Source: a virus
Taxonomy: Duplodnaviria > Caudoviricetes
Strand: one strand, 5' to 3'
Virus record (IMG/VR): IMGVR_UViG_3300005326_000009
Span: 1 to 59,154 of that record
DNA: 59,154 bases
Numbering within the stretch: position 1 is the stretch's first letter; each line of letters begins with the position of its first letter. Position numbers and translations under genes: made by a program. Below, one piece after another: positions 9,699 to 20,546 of this stretch. The notes beneath the pieces were generated by a model. The model made no database searches. It was not told the origin of the DNA and worked only from the letters and a program-made list of their open reading frames with translations.

Positions 9699-10459
9699 TG
9701 TACAACCTACCTAAGCCTTACTTGTCGCATAGCCAAGTAAGCTGTTACCAAATGTGTCCTAAGCAGTATTGGTACCGTTACATCCATAAGCAGATAGAAG
9801 AGCCTATCTTTGCTGTCCTGAGCTTTGGTACTTGTTACCATGCGGCGATGGAGTTTAACTTTCGGCATAAGCTCACCTACCTGACTGACCGACCTGTGGA
9901 AGAGGTAGTAACTTACTTCCTTGAACGGTGGTCTAAGTGTCAACACGCTATCTTTGAGGAAGGGCAATCATGGGCAAAACATGTGAACCTGGGGATTAGT
10001 CTTGTGACGAAGTATATGGAAGACTATGCCCCCCAAGTGAACCCTATCATGGTAGAGCAAAAGCATGAAATGGAGATAGGGGAAGGACTCCTCTTTCAAG
10101 GAGTGCTTGACCTGTATACGACCGAGCGAAAGGTTATCGACTTTAAGACCGCAGCGAAGGCTTGGTCTTCGTCCAAGGCACGGGAGAGTGACCAGCTAAC
10201 CGGATACGCTATGCTGGCATTCGACTTAACGGCCAATTGGCCGACGTGTACCGAGATTCACTGTGCGGTAAAGGAAGGAGAGGGGTCTATCAAGGTAGTT
10301 GACGGTGGTCCTCGCTTTCCTTACCATATTGACGACTATAAGAAGACCCTGCATTCGACTGCCAGGGACATTAGCGAAGGAATCTTTTACAAGGATACAA
10401 GTGGATGGATATGCCAAAAGGACCGCTGCCCTTACTTTACCGACTGTATGCACGGCTAA
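9698..10459 (+). CDS. PD-(D/E)XK RecB/Cas4-like exonuclease
   Basis: LSHSQ..Y..CP..Y..RY, GT.YH, GVLDL...IDFKT, QL.GY, C-terminal C....C.Y...C. Confidence 0.85.
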   Translation: MYNLPKPYLSHSQVSCYQMCPKQYWYRYIHKQIEEPIFAVLSFGTCYHAAMEFNFRHKLTYLTDRPVEEVVTYFLERWSKCQHAIFEEGQSWAKHVNLGISLVTKYMEDYAPQVNPIMVEQKHEMEIGEGLLFQGVLDLYTTERKVIDFKTAAKAWSSSKARESDQLTGYAMLAFDLTANWPTCTEIHCAVKEGEGSIKVVDGGPRFPYHIDDYKKTLHSTARDISEGIFYKDTSGWICQKDRCPYFTDCMHG

Positions 10460-10497
10460 AGGAGTGGCGAATTACTCTGTTTAAGTGGAGGTGGTAA

Positions 10498-10979
10498 ATG
10501 TATTACCCGAGTCATTGCCCAAGTTGTGAGACAGCTATTGACCCTTCGGAGGCGAAAGCCTTCATTGACAAGCTCCCGCCGAACACCAGTTCAGCTATGT
10601 ATGTTTGCCCTGACTGTGGCGAGGGAGTTATCTTTCGGCAAGTCGTTGGCAAGTTTGCTACCGGACTTGTACCGGGAGAGGAACCTATTCCTATTTCCCT
10701 GGGGGAGTTACCAGAAGACATCGTAGCTGAGACAACGCTACCCGAGGTGAAGACTACGGTAGCTAAGAAGGAGAAGAAATGAACGAGTACTTGCTTGCCA
10801 TAGGAGCTATCGTTGTAGCGTTTATCTTTATCGCTTACGTGATAGAGAATAGTCTACAACGGGAGGATATTAAGAAACGGCTCACCAAATTGGAGAGAGA
10901 CTTTACCCGTGACAAGGTAAAGCAGGCGGCAGACGAGATGACTGCCTTTGCCAACTCTCTCCGCAGGAATCGACAATAA
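10498..10979 (+). CDS. Zn-ribbon protein (10498-10782) and small membrane protein (10779-10979)
   Basis: CPSC/CPDC pairs; N-terminal TM helix; RBS present. Confidence 0.6.
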
Positions 10980-10990
10980 GGAGGAACCTA

Positions 10991-11314
10991 ATGCTAAAAG
11001 ACATAGGCTTAGCCTTGCTCTTTGTTTTTATCGTCTTCTTGCTCATTGAAGGAAGCTTTCTCCTCTACCAGCACTATGCGCCAAAGTATGAGGGAGTACG
11101 GCGACAGGTCTTTGAGCAAACCAAGTCCTATAGTCAGGGGATGATTCAGGAATTGGAGAACATGCAATTTGAGTACCAGCAGGCAAAGCCACAGGAACGG
11201 CAAGCCTTGCGTTCTATCATCTTGCACCGAGCGGCAGACTATCCTACCGAGAGAATGCCCTCTGACTTGCGCCGATTTATTACTGATTTGAAAGGAGAAG
11301 GAAGTGCATATTAA
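10991..11314 (+). CDS. Membrane-anchored protein, partner of the downstream lipoprotein
   Basis: N-terminal TM helix; RRQVFEQTKSY..GM motif; AGGAGG RBS. Confidence 0.7.
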   Translation: MLKDIGLALLFVFIVFLLIEGSFLLYQHYAPKYEGVRRQVFEQTKSYSQGMIQELENMQFEYQQAKPQERQALRSIILHRAADYPTERMPSDLRRFITDLKGEGSAY

Positions 11315-11801
11315 GCTACTTATCTTGGCAGTCGTTGCTCTCTTGGGAGTCTTCCTTGTAGGTTGTGACATCCCTACCAATAGCGACAGTTCCCAACGGA
11401 TACAGCAAGAGCGAATGCTCAAGGAAGCGACAGCCCAAACGGGTATGCCTGCCATTAAGAACTTTAGAGAGCGGAAAATTCTTAAGGACATCCTTGAACT
11501 GCGAGACCAGGAAGGACTCGTAACCTATACCTATCTCTATAGCGATATGACCGGTAAGTTAATCTTCCTGGGGGAGAGTGTTGGCTACGGCATTCCTTGC
11601 GCTACACAATACACGAACCCTGAAAAGTACACGGTAGAGGGAGGGTCACTGCCACAGGCAGACCCTAACGGTTTGTTCTCTCCCGAGTCAGCCGAAGGTA
11701 CCTGGGTACTCCTCAAGGAACCGCGCGGTAATCGAGTGAGACCTGTATACGTAGAGCCGCGTATCGTTGTTTCCCCGTTCAAACTGGAAGGAGCAAGATA
11801 A
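11304..11801 (+). CDS. Phage lipoprotein
   Basis: Signal peptide with lipobox LVGC; GYGIP..TQYTNP...QADPNGLF...GTWV...PVYVEP. Confidence 0.75.
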   Translation: MHIKLLILAVVALLGVFLVGCDIPTNSDSSQRIQQERMLKEATAQTGMPAIKNFRERKILKDILELRDQEGLVTYTYLYSDMTGKLIFLGESVGYGIPCATQYTNPEKYTVEGGSLPQADPNGLFSPESAEGTWVLLKEPRGNRVRPVYVEPRIVVSPFKLEGAR

Positions 11802-12148
11802 TGGATTGTTATAAGGTGGAAGTGGTCTTTAAGACACGGGTAGCCATTGGTTGGTTGACGGCTCCTAGTGGGAAGACGGTAGCCTATCTGTACCTCATTA
11901 ATACGAAGTGCGATGAAGGGCTTGACTATGTGTGCCGTACCCTGCGGAAGAACGGCTTTCGTAATAACCAGCCAGGGAAGGAATATAGCGTCTATATCCC
12001 TGGGGAAGACATCGCTTATATCATCTTTACGCGGATAGACGAAGAGGAACTTCCCGCCGATAGAGGGGACCAACCTCCTATACAAGACGTTGATTTAGAC
12101 GCTCCTTACGTAGATACCCGCGTCTATGTTACGCACCGAATGGAGTAG
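11801..12148 (+). CDS. Hypothetical protein
   Basis: Coupled ORF with RBS. Confidence 0.55.
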   Translation: MDCYKVEVVFKTRVAIGWLTAPSGKTVAYLYLINTKCDEGLDYVCRTLRKNGFRNNQPGKEYSVYIPGEDIAYIIFTRIDEEELPADRGDQPPIQDVDLDAPYVDTRVYVTHRME

Positions 12149-12299
12149 CTATGTTCCTTGTATTATCTGTCATCGCTCATATCGCTGCCGTAGTAGCCGC
12201 TATCATAGGGTTCGTCCTGATTGCCCTCATTGCCGCAGTAGCGGTAGGTAACTGGCTTATGGAGCGGAGTTGGTGGTTCCCTGAAGAGAGGAAAGATAA

Positions 12300-13934
12300 G
12301 TGATAACGCTCAAGTACACGAAGGGCTTAGTCTTCGTGGGAGCGAGAAGTGAGGAAGACCGGGGACTGGCTAAGCTAGTCCCTGGTACCTTCTACGATAT
12401 GGAGAAACAGATATGGAAAGCTCCCCCTTCTCCTTATACCGTGCAAGCTCTCGCGCAGACATTCCCGAATGCCGTTGATTGTGGGGGATTCGCTGAACTA
12501 CTCAAGGAATCTCTCGCTTACCTGACAATGCTTGACTATGCTACGGGGAATATGCATGTTAACTATATGCGGAATACCCCTTGGTCTCACCAACAGTTAG
12601 CCTATAACTTTGCCTTCCCGCGCACGGGTACGCTATTAGGCATGGATATGGGAACGGGGAAGACCTATGTAACTCTTGCCCTTGCCCTAAACAGGAAGCA
12701 TAAGCGAACGCTCGTCTTAGGTCCGAAGTCGGCTATTCCCGTATGGCCGCATGAGGTAGAGAAGCATTGCTCTGCCCCTCTTGACGTGCTAGCGCTTCAC
12801 CCCTTCTCCTTTGGCAGGAAGCTCCTATCAGGGAAGAAGAAAGCCGACTTGCTTGGTCACTTCCTGGGATGCTGCGGAGAGCAATCTCTTGTAGCGGTTA
12901 ACTACGAAGCAGCTATCCGAGAGCCGTTGAAGTCCTTGCTCCTTGACTATCCTTGGGACTTCCTGGTAGCCGATGAATGCGATATGCTCTCTGACCCTAC
13001 GGGAATTATCAGTCAGTACGTCTATGAGTTAGGCTTACGTATCCCCTATCGGGCAGGGCTAACGGGGACACCGACAGCGAACGCTCCTTGGGAGGCTTTC
13101 GGGCAATGCCGTTTCTTAGAGCCTGGTATCTTCGGCAGTGTATGGACTCGGTTTAAGGAGCAATGGCTTGACTATGAGGAAGAACCGTTTCCTCGTATTA
13201 ATGGACTACGGGACAAGGACCGGTTTGCTGAGCGGCTAAGTAAGGTTATGTACCAAGTACACAGACGGGATGTACTAGACCTTCCCCCTGTTACCCATGA
13301 ATACCGTTTCTGTTCCTTATCGGACTATGCTCCCTATAACGAGCTACGGGAAGAACTCTACGTTGAGATAGCAGGGATAGAACTTGACCCTGATAACGCT
13401 CTCGTCAAGACCCTTCGCTTACGGGAGTTAACAAGTGGCTTTGTCCGAAAACCAGACGGCTATACGATATGGGATGAAGGGAAGTACGAGTTACTGGTAG
13501 AGTTGCTGAGCAAGATACCCAAAGACGAACCGGTTGTTGTCTTTTGTAACTTCACCCCTGACTTGGATAGGATTAAGCAGGCGGCACTTGCCACAGGTAG
13601 ACCCTTTGGCGAATTATCGGGCAGGCGCAATGACCTTAACGGGCAGGCGTATCCCGAGGGAGTGACCTGTCTTGCGGTACAGGAGCAGGCAGGCTCTCGT
13701 GGGGTAGACTTCACCAAGTCTGCTTATGCTATCGCCTATTCGATTAGCTACTCAGGGAAGCAATACGAACAGATGCTTGCACGACAGGATAGGCCAGGGC
13801 AGACAAGACCGGTAACCTTCTATCATATCCTGACAGAGGGAACCATTGACCAGGATATTTATGATGCTTTGCGCTTAAAAAAGAATGTAAGTGAGCACAT
13901 CCTTGGCCTTGTCAAGAGCCGTCAATTGCGGTAG
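12300..13934 (+). CDS. SNF2-family (SF2) helicase
   Basis: DMGTGKT, VADEC, LTGTP, AGSRGVDF, RQDRPGQ motifs. Confidence 0.9.
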   Translation: MITLKYTKGLVFVGARSEEDRGLAKLVPGTFYDMEKQIWKAPPSPYTVQALAQTFPNAVDCGGFAELLKESLAYLTMLDYATGNMHVNYMRNTPWSHQQLAYNFAFPRTGTLLGMDMGTGKTYVTLALALNRKHKRTLVLGPKSAIPVWPHEVEKHCSAPLDVLALHPFSFGRKLLSGKKKADLLGHFLGCCGEQSLVAVNYEAAIREPLKSLLLDYPWDFLVADECDMLSDPTGIISQYVYELGLRIPYRAGLTGTPTANAPWEAFGQCRFLEPGIFGSVWTRFKEQWLDYEEEPFPRINGLRDKDRFAERLSKVMYQVHRRDVLDLPPVTHEYRFCSLSDYAPYNELREELYVEIAGIELDPDNALVKTLRLRELTSGFVRKPDGYTIWDEGKYELLVELLSKIPKDEPVVVFCNFTPDLDRIKQAALATGRPFGELSGRRNDLNGQAYPEGVTCLAVQEQAGSRGVDFTKSAYAIAYSISYSGKQYEQMLARQDRPGQTRPVTFYHILTEGTIDQDIYDALRLKKNVSEHILGLVKSRQLR

Positions 13935-13970
13935 AATAGAGCATTCCGTTAATATTCCGAATGAGGGGTA

Positions 13971-14000
13971 TTGACATATCTGTCACCAATGAGTTATTAT
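13971..14000 (+). promoter_or_regulatory. sigma70 promoter TTGACA-18-TATTAT
   Basis: Near-consensus boxes followed by GAACCTGCT, as at the 23367 promoter. Confidence 0.6.
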
Positions 14001-14045
14001 GAACCTGCTGGTGCTAACCAGCAACACCACACAGAGGAGATTTGC

Positions 14046-14774
14046 ATGTCTAACGAGTTAGTATTGGCGAATGAGAAGCGAGAGCTTGCCACTCTCATTG
14101 AGATGAACCTCGGTCCCGATGGGAAGTTATCCGCGAATGACATTACCGAGGTAACCATGCCGAAGGGGGGGAATACAACCTTCCGCATTCCTACCCCTGA
14201 AGGCGACACCAACGCAAGTGAACTTGAGGGTATTGTGGTCTTCAAGACCAAGCCACGCGCACGGTATGCGAATGCCTACTCCCCCGGTTCTAAGGAGCGT
14301 CCGGTTTGTTCCTCTCGTAACGGCGACTTTGGTGTGCCGTATGACAAAGAGACCGAGACTTATGGGAACCCTATCCCGTGCGGTCAGTGTCCCTATGCTA
14401 AGTGGGGGAAAGACGAGAAGACCAACAAACCGATTCCCCCTGCCTGTGGTCAACACATGGAGCTTTTACTCATGACTGACCACGAACTCCTGCCGATGAA
14501 GGTTCGTGTTGCCGCTACCTCGCTTGGCAATATGGACACCTACTTCAAAGGGCTACTCAAACGTAACCAGTACTTCTTTGAGGTGCGCACTCGGATTACT
14601 GCCGAGGAAGACGAGACCAAGACCGGTCAAACTTGCACCCGTCTTATCCCTACGAAGGTAACAGACTTGGACGAAGACCAACGGCTTGACGCCGAACGCC
14701 TGCACCTTATGATGGAAAAGATGATGGCTTTCCAAGCCAGCGAAGACGAGGACGAAGTAGACGCCGAAGACTAA
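14046..14774 (+). CDS. Putative ssDNA-binding/annealing replication protein (Zn-binding, acidic tail)
   Basis: P.CSS..G..G...C..CP...WG...P.C motif; acidic C-terminus EDEDEVDAED; located between helicase and primase. Confidence 0.55.
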   Translation: MSNELVLANEKRELATLIEMNLGPDGKLSANDITEVTMPKGGNTTFRIPTPEGDTNASELEGIVVFKTKPRARYANAYSPGSKERPVCSSRNGDFGVPYDKETETYGNPIPCGQCPYAKWGKDEKTNKPIPPACGQHMELLLMTDHELLPMKVRVAATSLGNMDTYFKGLLKRNQYFFEVRTRITAEEDETKTGQTCTRLIPTKVTDLDEDQRLDAERLHLMMEKMMAFQASEDEDEVDAED

Positions 14775-14781
14775 GCTACCT

Positions 14782-14819
14782 TACCCTGGCTAGTCCCTCC
14801 TAGCCAGGGTACTTCTTTG
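14782..14819 (+). terminator. Intrinsic terminator
   Basis: TACCCTGGCTAG-loop-CTAGCCAGGGTA followed by CTTCTTT. Confidence 0.7.
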
Positions 14820-14836
14820 CACAATGCAGAGGTTTT

Positions 14837-16483
14837 GTGATGACTACAACTACAACTACATCCCTTGAAGCAGTGTTAGAGGCTATCTACCGTAACGTTC
14901 CTTCCGACTTATTTGTTATCGAGTGGTCCTCAAGTGCATCCGAGGGAGGAAAGTCTCGCACGAATGCGCATACGAACATTCACTCGCTTGCCGAGCAGAT
15001 TAGAGCATCGAACGCAAAGAAACGGAACACCTACATAGGAACCTCTCCCTTGCATACCAAGCCCAAAGGCTCTGCCCGTGGTAGCCTCAAAGACGTGGGT
15101 TGCACGGTTGCCTTTTGGATAGACTTCGATTTAGGCACTCGCTCGGATACCGGGAAGAAGTATGTTCCCACCAAAGAGGAAGCGTTTGAGATAGTAGAGA
15201 AGTGTTATCCCGAGATGCCCCCTACGCTTGCCCTCTCTACGGGTAACGGCTTGCACCTGTGGTGGTTATTTGAGGAACCGAACGTCTTCCGCTTTGACGA
15301 GAAAGCACGGGAACGAGCAGCCGAGTTAAGCACTCGTTTCCAGTACACAATTATCAATGAGGTGTATAGCCGAGGGTACGTTATTGACGTAACGGCAGAC
15401 TTGCCGCGCGTGTTGCGGGTACCCGAGACAATGAACTGGAAAGACAGAGAGCATCCTAAGCCTGTGGAAGTGGAGTACTTTAACCCTAGCCGTAGGTACA
15501 AACCGAATGACTTCCTTCCCCACATGGTAGAGGAAGTCCCACTACGAACGCCTAACTTGAAGAACCTTACCGCGTATACGCATATCATGATACCGGAGAA
15601 AGGTAAGTCCCCGAGTGAGAAGTTGGTACGCTTACTGAATAAGGATTCTCGCGCTATGGAGTCGGCACGGGGAGAGTATCGTAAGGAATTGAAGGATAAC
15701 ACGGGAAGTGGGCATGACTTTGCTTTACTTAACTTTATGTTCCTTGAAGGGTTTACCCCACAGGAAGCGGTTGACGCCTTGGTTGCCGTCAATGAGTTCT
15801 ACCGGTTAGAGCCGAAGGATAAGCCCCCGGTCTATTACTTGCATAGCATGGCGAAGGTACACCTTGAATACCAGGAACGGGAGAAGGTTCCCGAGGTAGT
15901 AGACAAGAAGGAAGCGTTAGAGAACTTGCGCAAGGTACTTGGCTTAGCCATTGAAGGGCTTATCCAAGTAGGGAATAACAAAGCTGTCTATGTTATTCTC
16001 TTTGAAGGGGAAGAGCGGGTAACCGTAGGGACTACCGCTATTATGACTACCCGTAGCAAGTTCTGTCAGCGCATGTTTGAAACGACAGGGCAATACCCGA
16101 ATATCTCTATTGAGCGTTGGCCGACTGTCCTTCGCTGGTTTAGCGCTATTCGAGAACTGCACGAACCACAAAACGAGGTTCACGAAGCAGAGGACATCTT
16201 GACCGGTTACTTAGCCAGTGTGAAAGTGCAGACTGACCCTGACAGGAAGATGCAAGCTATCCACAGCGAGGAACCGTATGTCTTTGAGGATAAGCTGTGG
16301 GTATATCCTCCGTCTATCCGTAAGTATGTACAGGATACCTTGCGAGAGAACGTTGAGATAAACGAGATACGCTCTCTTCTCAAGACGATTGGCTTTAAGA
16401 GCAAGAACCGACCTATCCGTAAAGAGGAAGGGGTTACGTCGATTACCTATTGGTATGGTCCTATACCGGAAGGAGTATTGTAA
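14837..16483 (+). CDS. AEP/RepB-like DNA primase
   Basis: FWIDFD, STGNGLHLWW and DLPRVLRVPETMN motifs of the RepB-type primase fold. Confidence 0.8.
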   Translation: MMTTTTTTSLEAVLEAIYRNVPSDLFVIEWSSSASEGGKSRTNAHTNIHSLAEQIRASNAKKRNTYIGTSPLHTKPKGSARGSLKDVGCTVAFWIDFDLGTRSDTGKKYVPTKEEAFEIVEKCYPEMPPTLALSTGNGLHLWWLFEEPNVFRFDEKARERAAELSTRFQYTIINEVYSRGYVIDVTADLPRVLRVPETMNWKDREHPKPVEVEYFNPSRRYKPNDFLPHMVEEVPLRTPNLKNLTAYTHIMIPEKGKSPSEKLVRLLNKDSRAMESARGEYRKELKDNTGSGHDFALLNFMFLEGFTPQEAVDALVAVNEFYRLEPKDKPPVYYLHSMAKVHLEYQEREKVPEVVDKKEALENLRKVLGLAIEGLIQVGNNKAVYVILFEGEERVTVGTTAIMTTRSKFCQRMFETTGQYPNISIERWPTVLRWFSAIRELHEPQNEVHEAEDILTGYLASVKVQTDPDRKMQAIHSEEPYVFEDKLWVYPPSIRKYVQDTLRENVEINEIRSLLKTIGFKSKNRPIRKEEGVTSITYWYGPIPEGVL

Positions 16484-17073
16484 TGGAGCGAGTACCTTTT
16501 TGTTGTCCAACCTGTAGCAAGAAACAGGGGTTTTGGTTTGGCTTTATGGGGTTGCCAGGGGAAACCTATTACTGCCATGTGTGCGGTACGAAGATGAATG
16601 AGCAACGAAAGCCTGAGATGCCTACCGAGGAACCGGTAAAGACAGTAGCTTGCTGCCCTCATTGTGACCACTTAGGCGAAGTAGGGACAGAGTGCATTTA
16701 CTGTTATGCCCTTATCAAAGGGGAGGAAGAGGAATGAAGTATTACTTTGCTTGGTGTGTGCTCATTGCCCTTGTGCTAGTTTTCGGTGGGTTCCTTGTAT
16801 TTACTGACCCTGGCAATGTAATCTTAGCTTTTCTCGTTTGTCTCGTGCTTGTGGCTATTCCTCTTATTGGACTATGTTTGCTTATCCAATGGGCAATAGA
16901 TATTATTACATGGGGGAAGGATGAATGATTAAGAACTACTTTTTGTTTGCCGTTGCTCTCCTACAGGCACTTGCCGCTGTGCAATACCTGCGGGGAAGTG
17001 ATTGGCGACTAGGGTTAGCTAACCTATTCATTAGCTTAGCATCCCTTATGTTCTCTACCATAGGAGGCAGCAG

Positions 17074-18723
17074 GTGATTCATGCTATCGCTGGCGTACCG
17101 GGCGGCGGCAAGACTACTTGGCTAAAGAACAAAGCCAAGGAGCTACTTGAGAGAGGAGTCTATAAGAAGAATGAGATAATGCTCACCTCGTTTACCAAAG
17201 CAGCAGCCGTGAAGATGGCGCAGGAAATGGGCGAGATGATAGACGAGGAAGGCATTGGTACCTTGCACAGTCTTGCCCTCAAAGCGATGAAGGAGATATA
17301 TGGGGAGAGACCGGTTATTGCCGAGGATACCAATATCAAGTCAGCCTGGAATGCCCATATCAGAGGGAGCAATTCCTGTTGGGAAATGAGCTTGGGAGAT
17401 GACGGTAATCAGTTTGGCGATGACTTGCTCAACAAGATTAACATTTACCGCGCGGAATGCGTTCCCTTCGATGACTGGGAAGACGAGGAAGCAAAAGCCT
17501 TTTACCTTGCTTGGCAGACGTTCAAGGCAGAGAACGGTGGGATGATGGACTTTACTGACATTATCCAGTTCTGCATAGAGTATAGCGTTCCTCCCCCGCG
17601 CGGGTACCGCTGCGCGTTCTTTGACGAAGCGCAAGACTTTACCAAGCTACAGTATCGGCTAGTAAGGCAATGGGGGGAGTTACTTGAGGAGTACTATGTA
17701 GCTGGTGACGATGACCAGACCTGCTACCAATTTCAGGGGTCGGACCCTCAGGACTTTGTAAGCTCTATTGAGGAAGCGACTAATCCTGTTATCCTTGACC
17801 GCAGTTACCGACTGCCGAGCGAGATTGCCACAGCAGCCGAGAGACTACTTGATACGCTAGACATTCGCCGTCCTAAAAAGATAGTCCCCGTGCGGGAGGG
17901 GGGAGGGGTTATCTCTTGCCGAGCGACAACCGAGCACTTCTTCCCCATGCGCAGGTTCCTCTTTGACGCTTTGGAGGGGGGACAGTCAGTGATGATTCTT
18001 ACTACCTGCGCCTACATGCTTACCGGTATTATCACCGAGTTACGCAACCTGGGATTACCTTACCATAACCCTTACCGCAGGCGTATGCACTCATGGAATC
18101 CCCTACATCCCGAGAAGGGAACCCCTATCGGGCAACGGTTGGCTAAGTTCCTGGCAGGACCGAACCGTTGGACAGTTCAGGATGTGAAGGATTGGGCAGC
18201 GTTCATGTTTAAGAACGGTACCAAAGCTATACAACGGAACATGGGAGCAGCAATCGAGCGTTGTGATGACGTGCGTTCCCATGCCCTGCCTTACCTGTAT
18301 AAATGGTTCACTCCCGAGGCTATGCAGTTCTTTATGGGGATGGAAAACCTGTCTATGGAGGAACGGCTCTCTTGGTTTATGGAGCAGCAAACGAAGGAAG
18401 GTAAGCGAAGCTATGCCTTTGTGGAAGCGATTGTTCAGCAGCGAGGCATGGAAACGTTAGCCGAGGAACCGCAGATTGTTGTAGGTACCATTCACTCGGT
18501 TAAGGGAGCAGAGGCAGACGTAGTGTTTATCTTCCCTGACATCTCTAAGGATGCCTGGGAGAGCCTTGCCAAGGGGGACAAGCGGAAGTACTACGCTGAT
18601 GCGCTTGACCGTGTGTTTTATGTGGGTATGACACGGGCAAAAGATACTGTCTATGTCTGTGATACCACACGAAGAGCGCACTCCTATACCAAGCTACGCC
18701 TCATGAAAGGAGCGAAATGGTAA
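17074..18723 (+). CDS. UvrD/Rep-like SF1 helicase
   Basis: GVPGGGKT, TLHSL, DEAQD, GDDDQ, SYRLP, TIHSVKGAE, YVGMTRAK. Confidence 0.9.
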   Translation: MIHAIAGVPGGGKTTWLKNKAKELLERGVYKKNEIMLTSFTKAAAVKMAQEMGEMIDEEGIGTLHSLALKAMKEIYGERPVIAEDTNIKSAWNAHIRGSNSCWEMSLGDDGNQFGDDLLNKINIYRAECVPFDDWEDEEAKAFYLAWQTFKAENGGMMDFTDIIQFCIEYSVPPPRGYRCAFFDEAQDFTKLQYRLVRQWGELLEEYYVAGDDDQTCYQFQGSDPQDFVSSIEEATNPVILDRSYRLPSEIATAAERLLDTLDIRRPKKIVPVREGGGVISCRATTEHFFPMRRFLFDALEGGQSVMILTTCAYMLTGIITELRNLGLPYHNPYRRRMHSWNPLHPEKGTPIGQRLAKFLAGPNRWTVQDVKDWAAFMFKNGTKAIQRNMGAAIERCDDVRSHALPYLYKWFTPEAMQFFMGMENLSMEERLSWFMEQQTKEGKRSYAFVEAIVQQRGMETLAEEPQIVVGTIHSVKGAEADVVFIFPDISKDAWESLAKGDKRKYYADALDRVFYVGMTRAKDTVYVCDTTRRAHSYTKLRLMKGAKW

Positions 18724-20546
18724 AGGATTACTTAAGCTTTGCTTTCGGTAAAGCAAAGAAGGAAGTCCCCACAGAAGAAGTCGTTAGCGGTCTCATGGAA
18801 GCTGGTCTACCTACCGCACGGTGGGTAGACCCTGCCCCCCTTCCTGAGCATGTGGCAATACTCCCAGTTATTAAGCAGTTCAAGTTCCGAGACCGAGCAA
18901 GGCACCGAGACCTCCTCTCCCAAGAGCTTGTAGGGAGTGTTGTCTCTTTCTCTGATAGACAGTACGGGTATCTTGACTACGCGGCGACTGTTTCCCTAGC
19001 CCATGACCCCACGATAACTAAGACGGTATGGGATGGGAAGAACCTCTATCACTTGTGCGGAGGGATAGCAGGCGTTACGTTTGACGTGCAGTTAGCGCAG
19101 TATCTCTTACAGCCTATGCATAAGGAGAAGATACGCGGGGAGAACGTCCATACGCTACAACGGGCAAGCTATGACTGGTTTAAGAACCGAAAGACTGTTC
19201 TACCTGTCTTCGATATGGTTGACCAGGAAGTTATGCTTTTGTCCTGTCACTTACTTTACCACATGGAAAAACGAATGCGGGAGAGCCTAGTAGAGCAAGG
19301 AATGGAAAGCGTGTACTTTGACATAGAGCTTCCTCTTTCCCCCGTTCTAGCGGAGATGGAGGAAAAAGGCGTTGCTTTGGACGTTCCTCTCCTTAACCGT
19401 ATGACGCAGGAGAGCGAAGCGAAAGCAGCTTTGCTCAGGCAGCGAGTCTATCAGTTAGCGGGTAGGGAGTTTAACCTTCGGTCAACACAGGAGCTTTCCC
19501 AAGTTCTCTTTGAAGAGCAGGGACTACCCAAGGGGAAGAGGACCAAGAAGGGGTACTCCACAGACGTAAAGGTGTTGGACAAGCTACGGGAGCAATTTCC
19601 TATTGTTGACGCCTTGCTCCAATTCCGAGCATCCGATAAGTTAACAGGCACGTATACGGCAAAGCTCCCTGGTCTTATCCGCAAGGACACAGGGAGACTA
19701 CACTGTCACTTTAACCAAGCAGTCTGTGTCACGGGTAGGCTATCGAGCAGTGAGCCGAACTTGCAGAATATCCCTATCCGAGGTGACGAGGGGAAGGTTA
19801 TTCGGGGAGCGTTTACCACAGACATTCCCGGTTGGGTAATCGTTAAGGCAGACTATAGCCAAATTGAGTTACGAGTGCTTGCTCACTATTCCCAAGACCC
19901 TACCATGTTAAAGGTGTATCGGGAGGGGACAGAGGACATCCACACGGGAACGGCACGAACGCTCTTTGGTTTAGCCGACAATGAGACCCCCACCAAGGAC
20001 CAACGAAGGATGGCTAAGATTGTTAACTTTGCTATCCCCTATGGTACTACCCCTCATGGGCTGTCCGAACAGGTAAAGTGCTCGGTAGAGTTTGCGGCTA
20101 CTGAGTTGTACCAACCGTATCTACGCAGGTTCAGCAGGGTAAACGACTATATGGCGAACATGCGCAAGTTTGCCCATGCAAACGGCTATGTGCAGACTCT
20201 CCTTGGCAGGCGCAGACCAATGCCTAACGTTAAGTCGTTGAACCAAGCAACGCGTGAAGCGGCAGAGCGAGAGGCGATTAACATGCCTATCCAAGGAACC
20301 GCTGCCGACATTATGAAGCTTGCTCTCTTACGTATCAAGGAAGGCATTGTACGGGAGGGGTTACGAGCGCATATGCTTATGCAGGTTCATGACGAAATTG
20401 TGTTAGAATGTCATGGGGAAGACGTGAATAAGCTAGGTACCCTGCTACGTGAGGCTATGGTACACGCTTATCATATTGACGTACCCCTAGACGTAGAGAT
20501 TAAATTCGGCCCTAACTGGGGAGAAACAGAGGTATGGAATGGCTAA
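18717..20546 (+). CDS. polA: Family A DNA polymerase (no 5'-3' exonuclease; 3'-5' exonuclease appears degenerate)
   Basis: TGRLSSSEPNLQNIP, ADYSQIELRVLAH, RRMAKIVNFAIPYG, NMPIQGTAADIMK, QVHDEI. Confidence 0.95.
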   Translation: MVKDYLSFAFGKAKKEVPTEEVVSGLMEAGLPTARWVDPAPLPEHVAILPVIKQFKFRDRARHRDLLSQELVGSVVSFSDRQYGYLDYAATVSLAHDPTITKTVWDGKNLYHLCGGIAGVTFDVQLAQYLLQPMHKEKIRGENVHTLQRASYDWFKNRKTVLPVFDMVDQEVMLLSCHLLYHMEKRMRESLVEQGMESVYFDIELPLSPVLAEMEEKGVALDVPLLNRMTQESEAKAALLRQRVYQLAGREFNLRSTQELSQVLFEEQGLPKGKRTKKGYSTDVKVLDKLREQFPIVDALLQFRASDKLTGTYTAKLPGLIRKDTGRLHCHFNQAVCVTGRLSSSEPNLQNIPIRGDEGKVIRGAFTTDIPGWVIVKADYSQIELRVLAHYSQDPTMLKVYREGTEDIHTGTARTLFGLADNETPTKDQRRMAKIVNFAIPYGTTPHGLSEQVKCSVEFAATELYQPYLRRFSRVNDYMANMRKFAHANGYVQTLLGRRRPMPNVKSLNQATREAAEREAINMPIQGTAADIMKLALLRIKEGIVREGLRAHMLMQVHDEIVLECHGEDVNKLGTLLREAMVHAYHIDVPLDVEIKFGPNWGETEVWNG

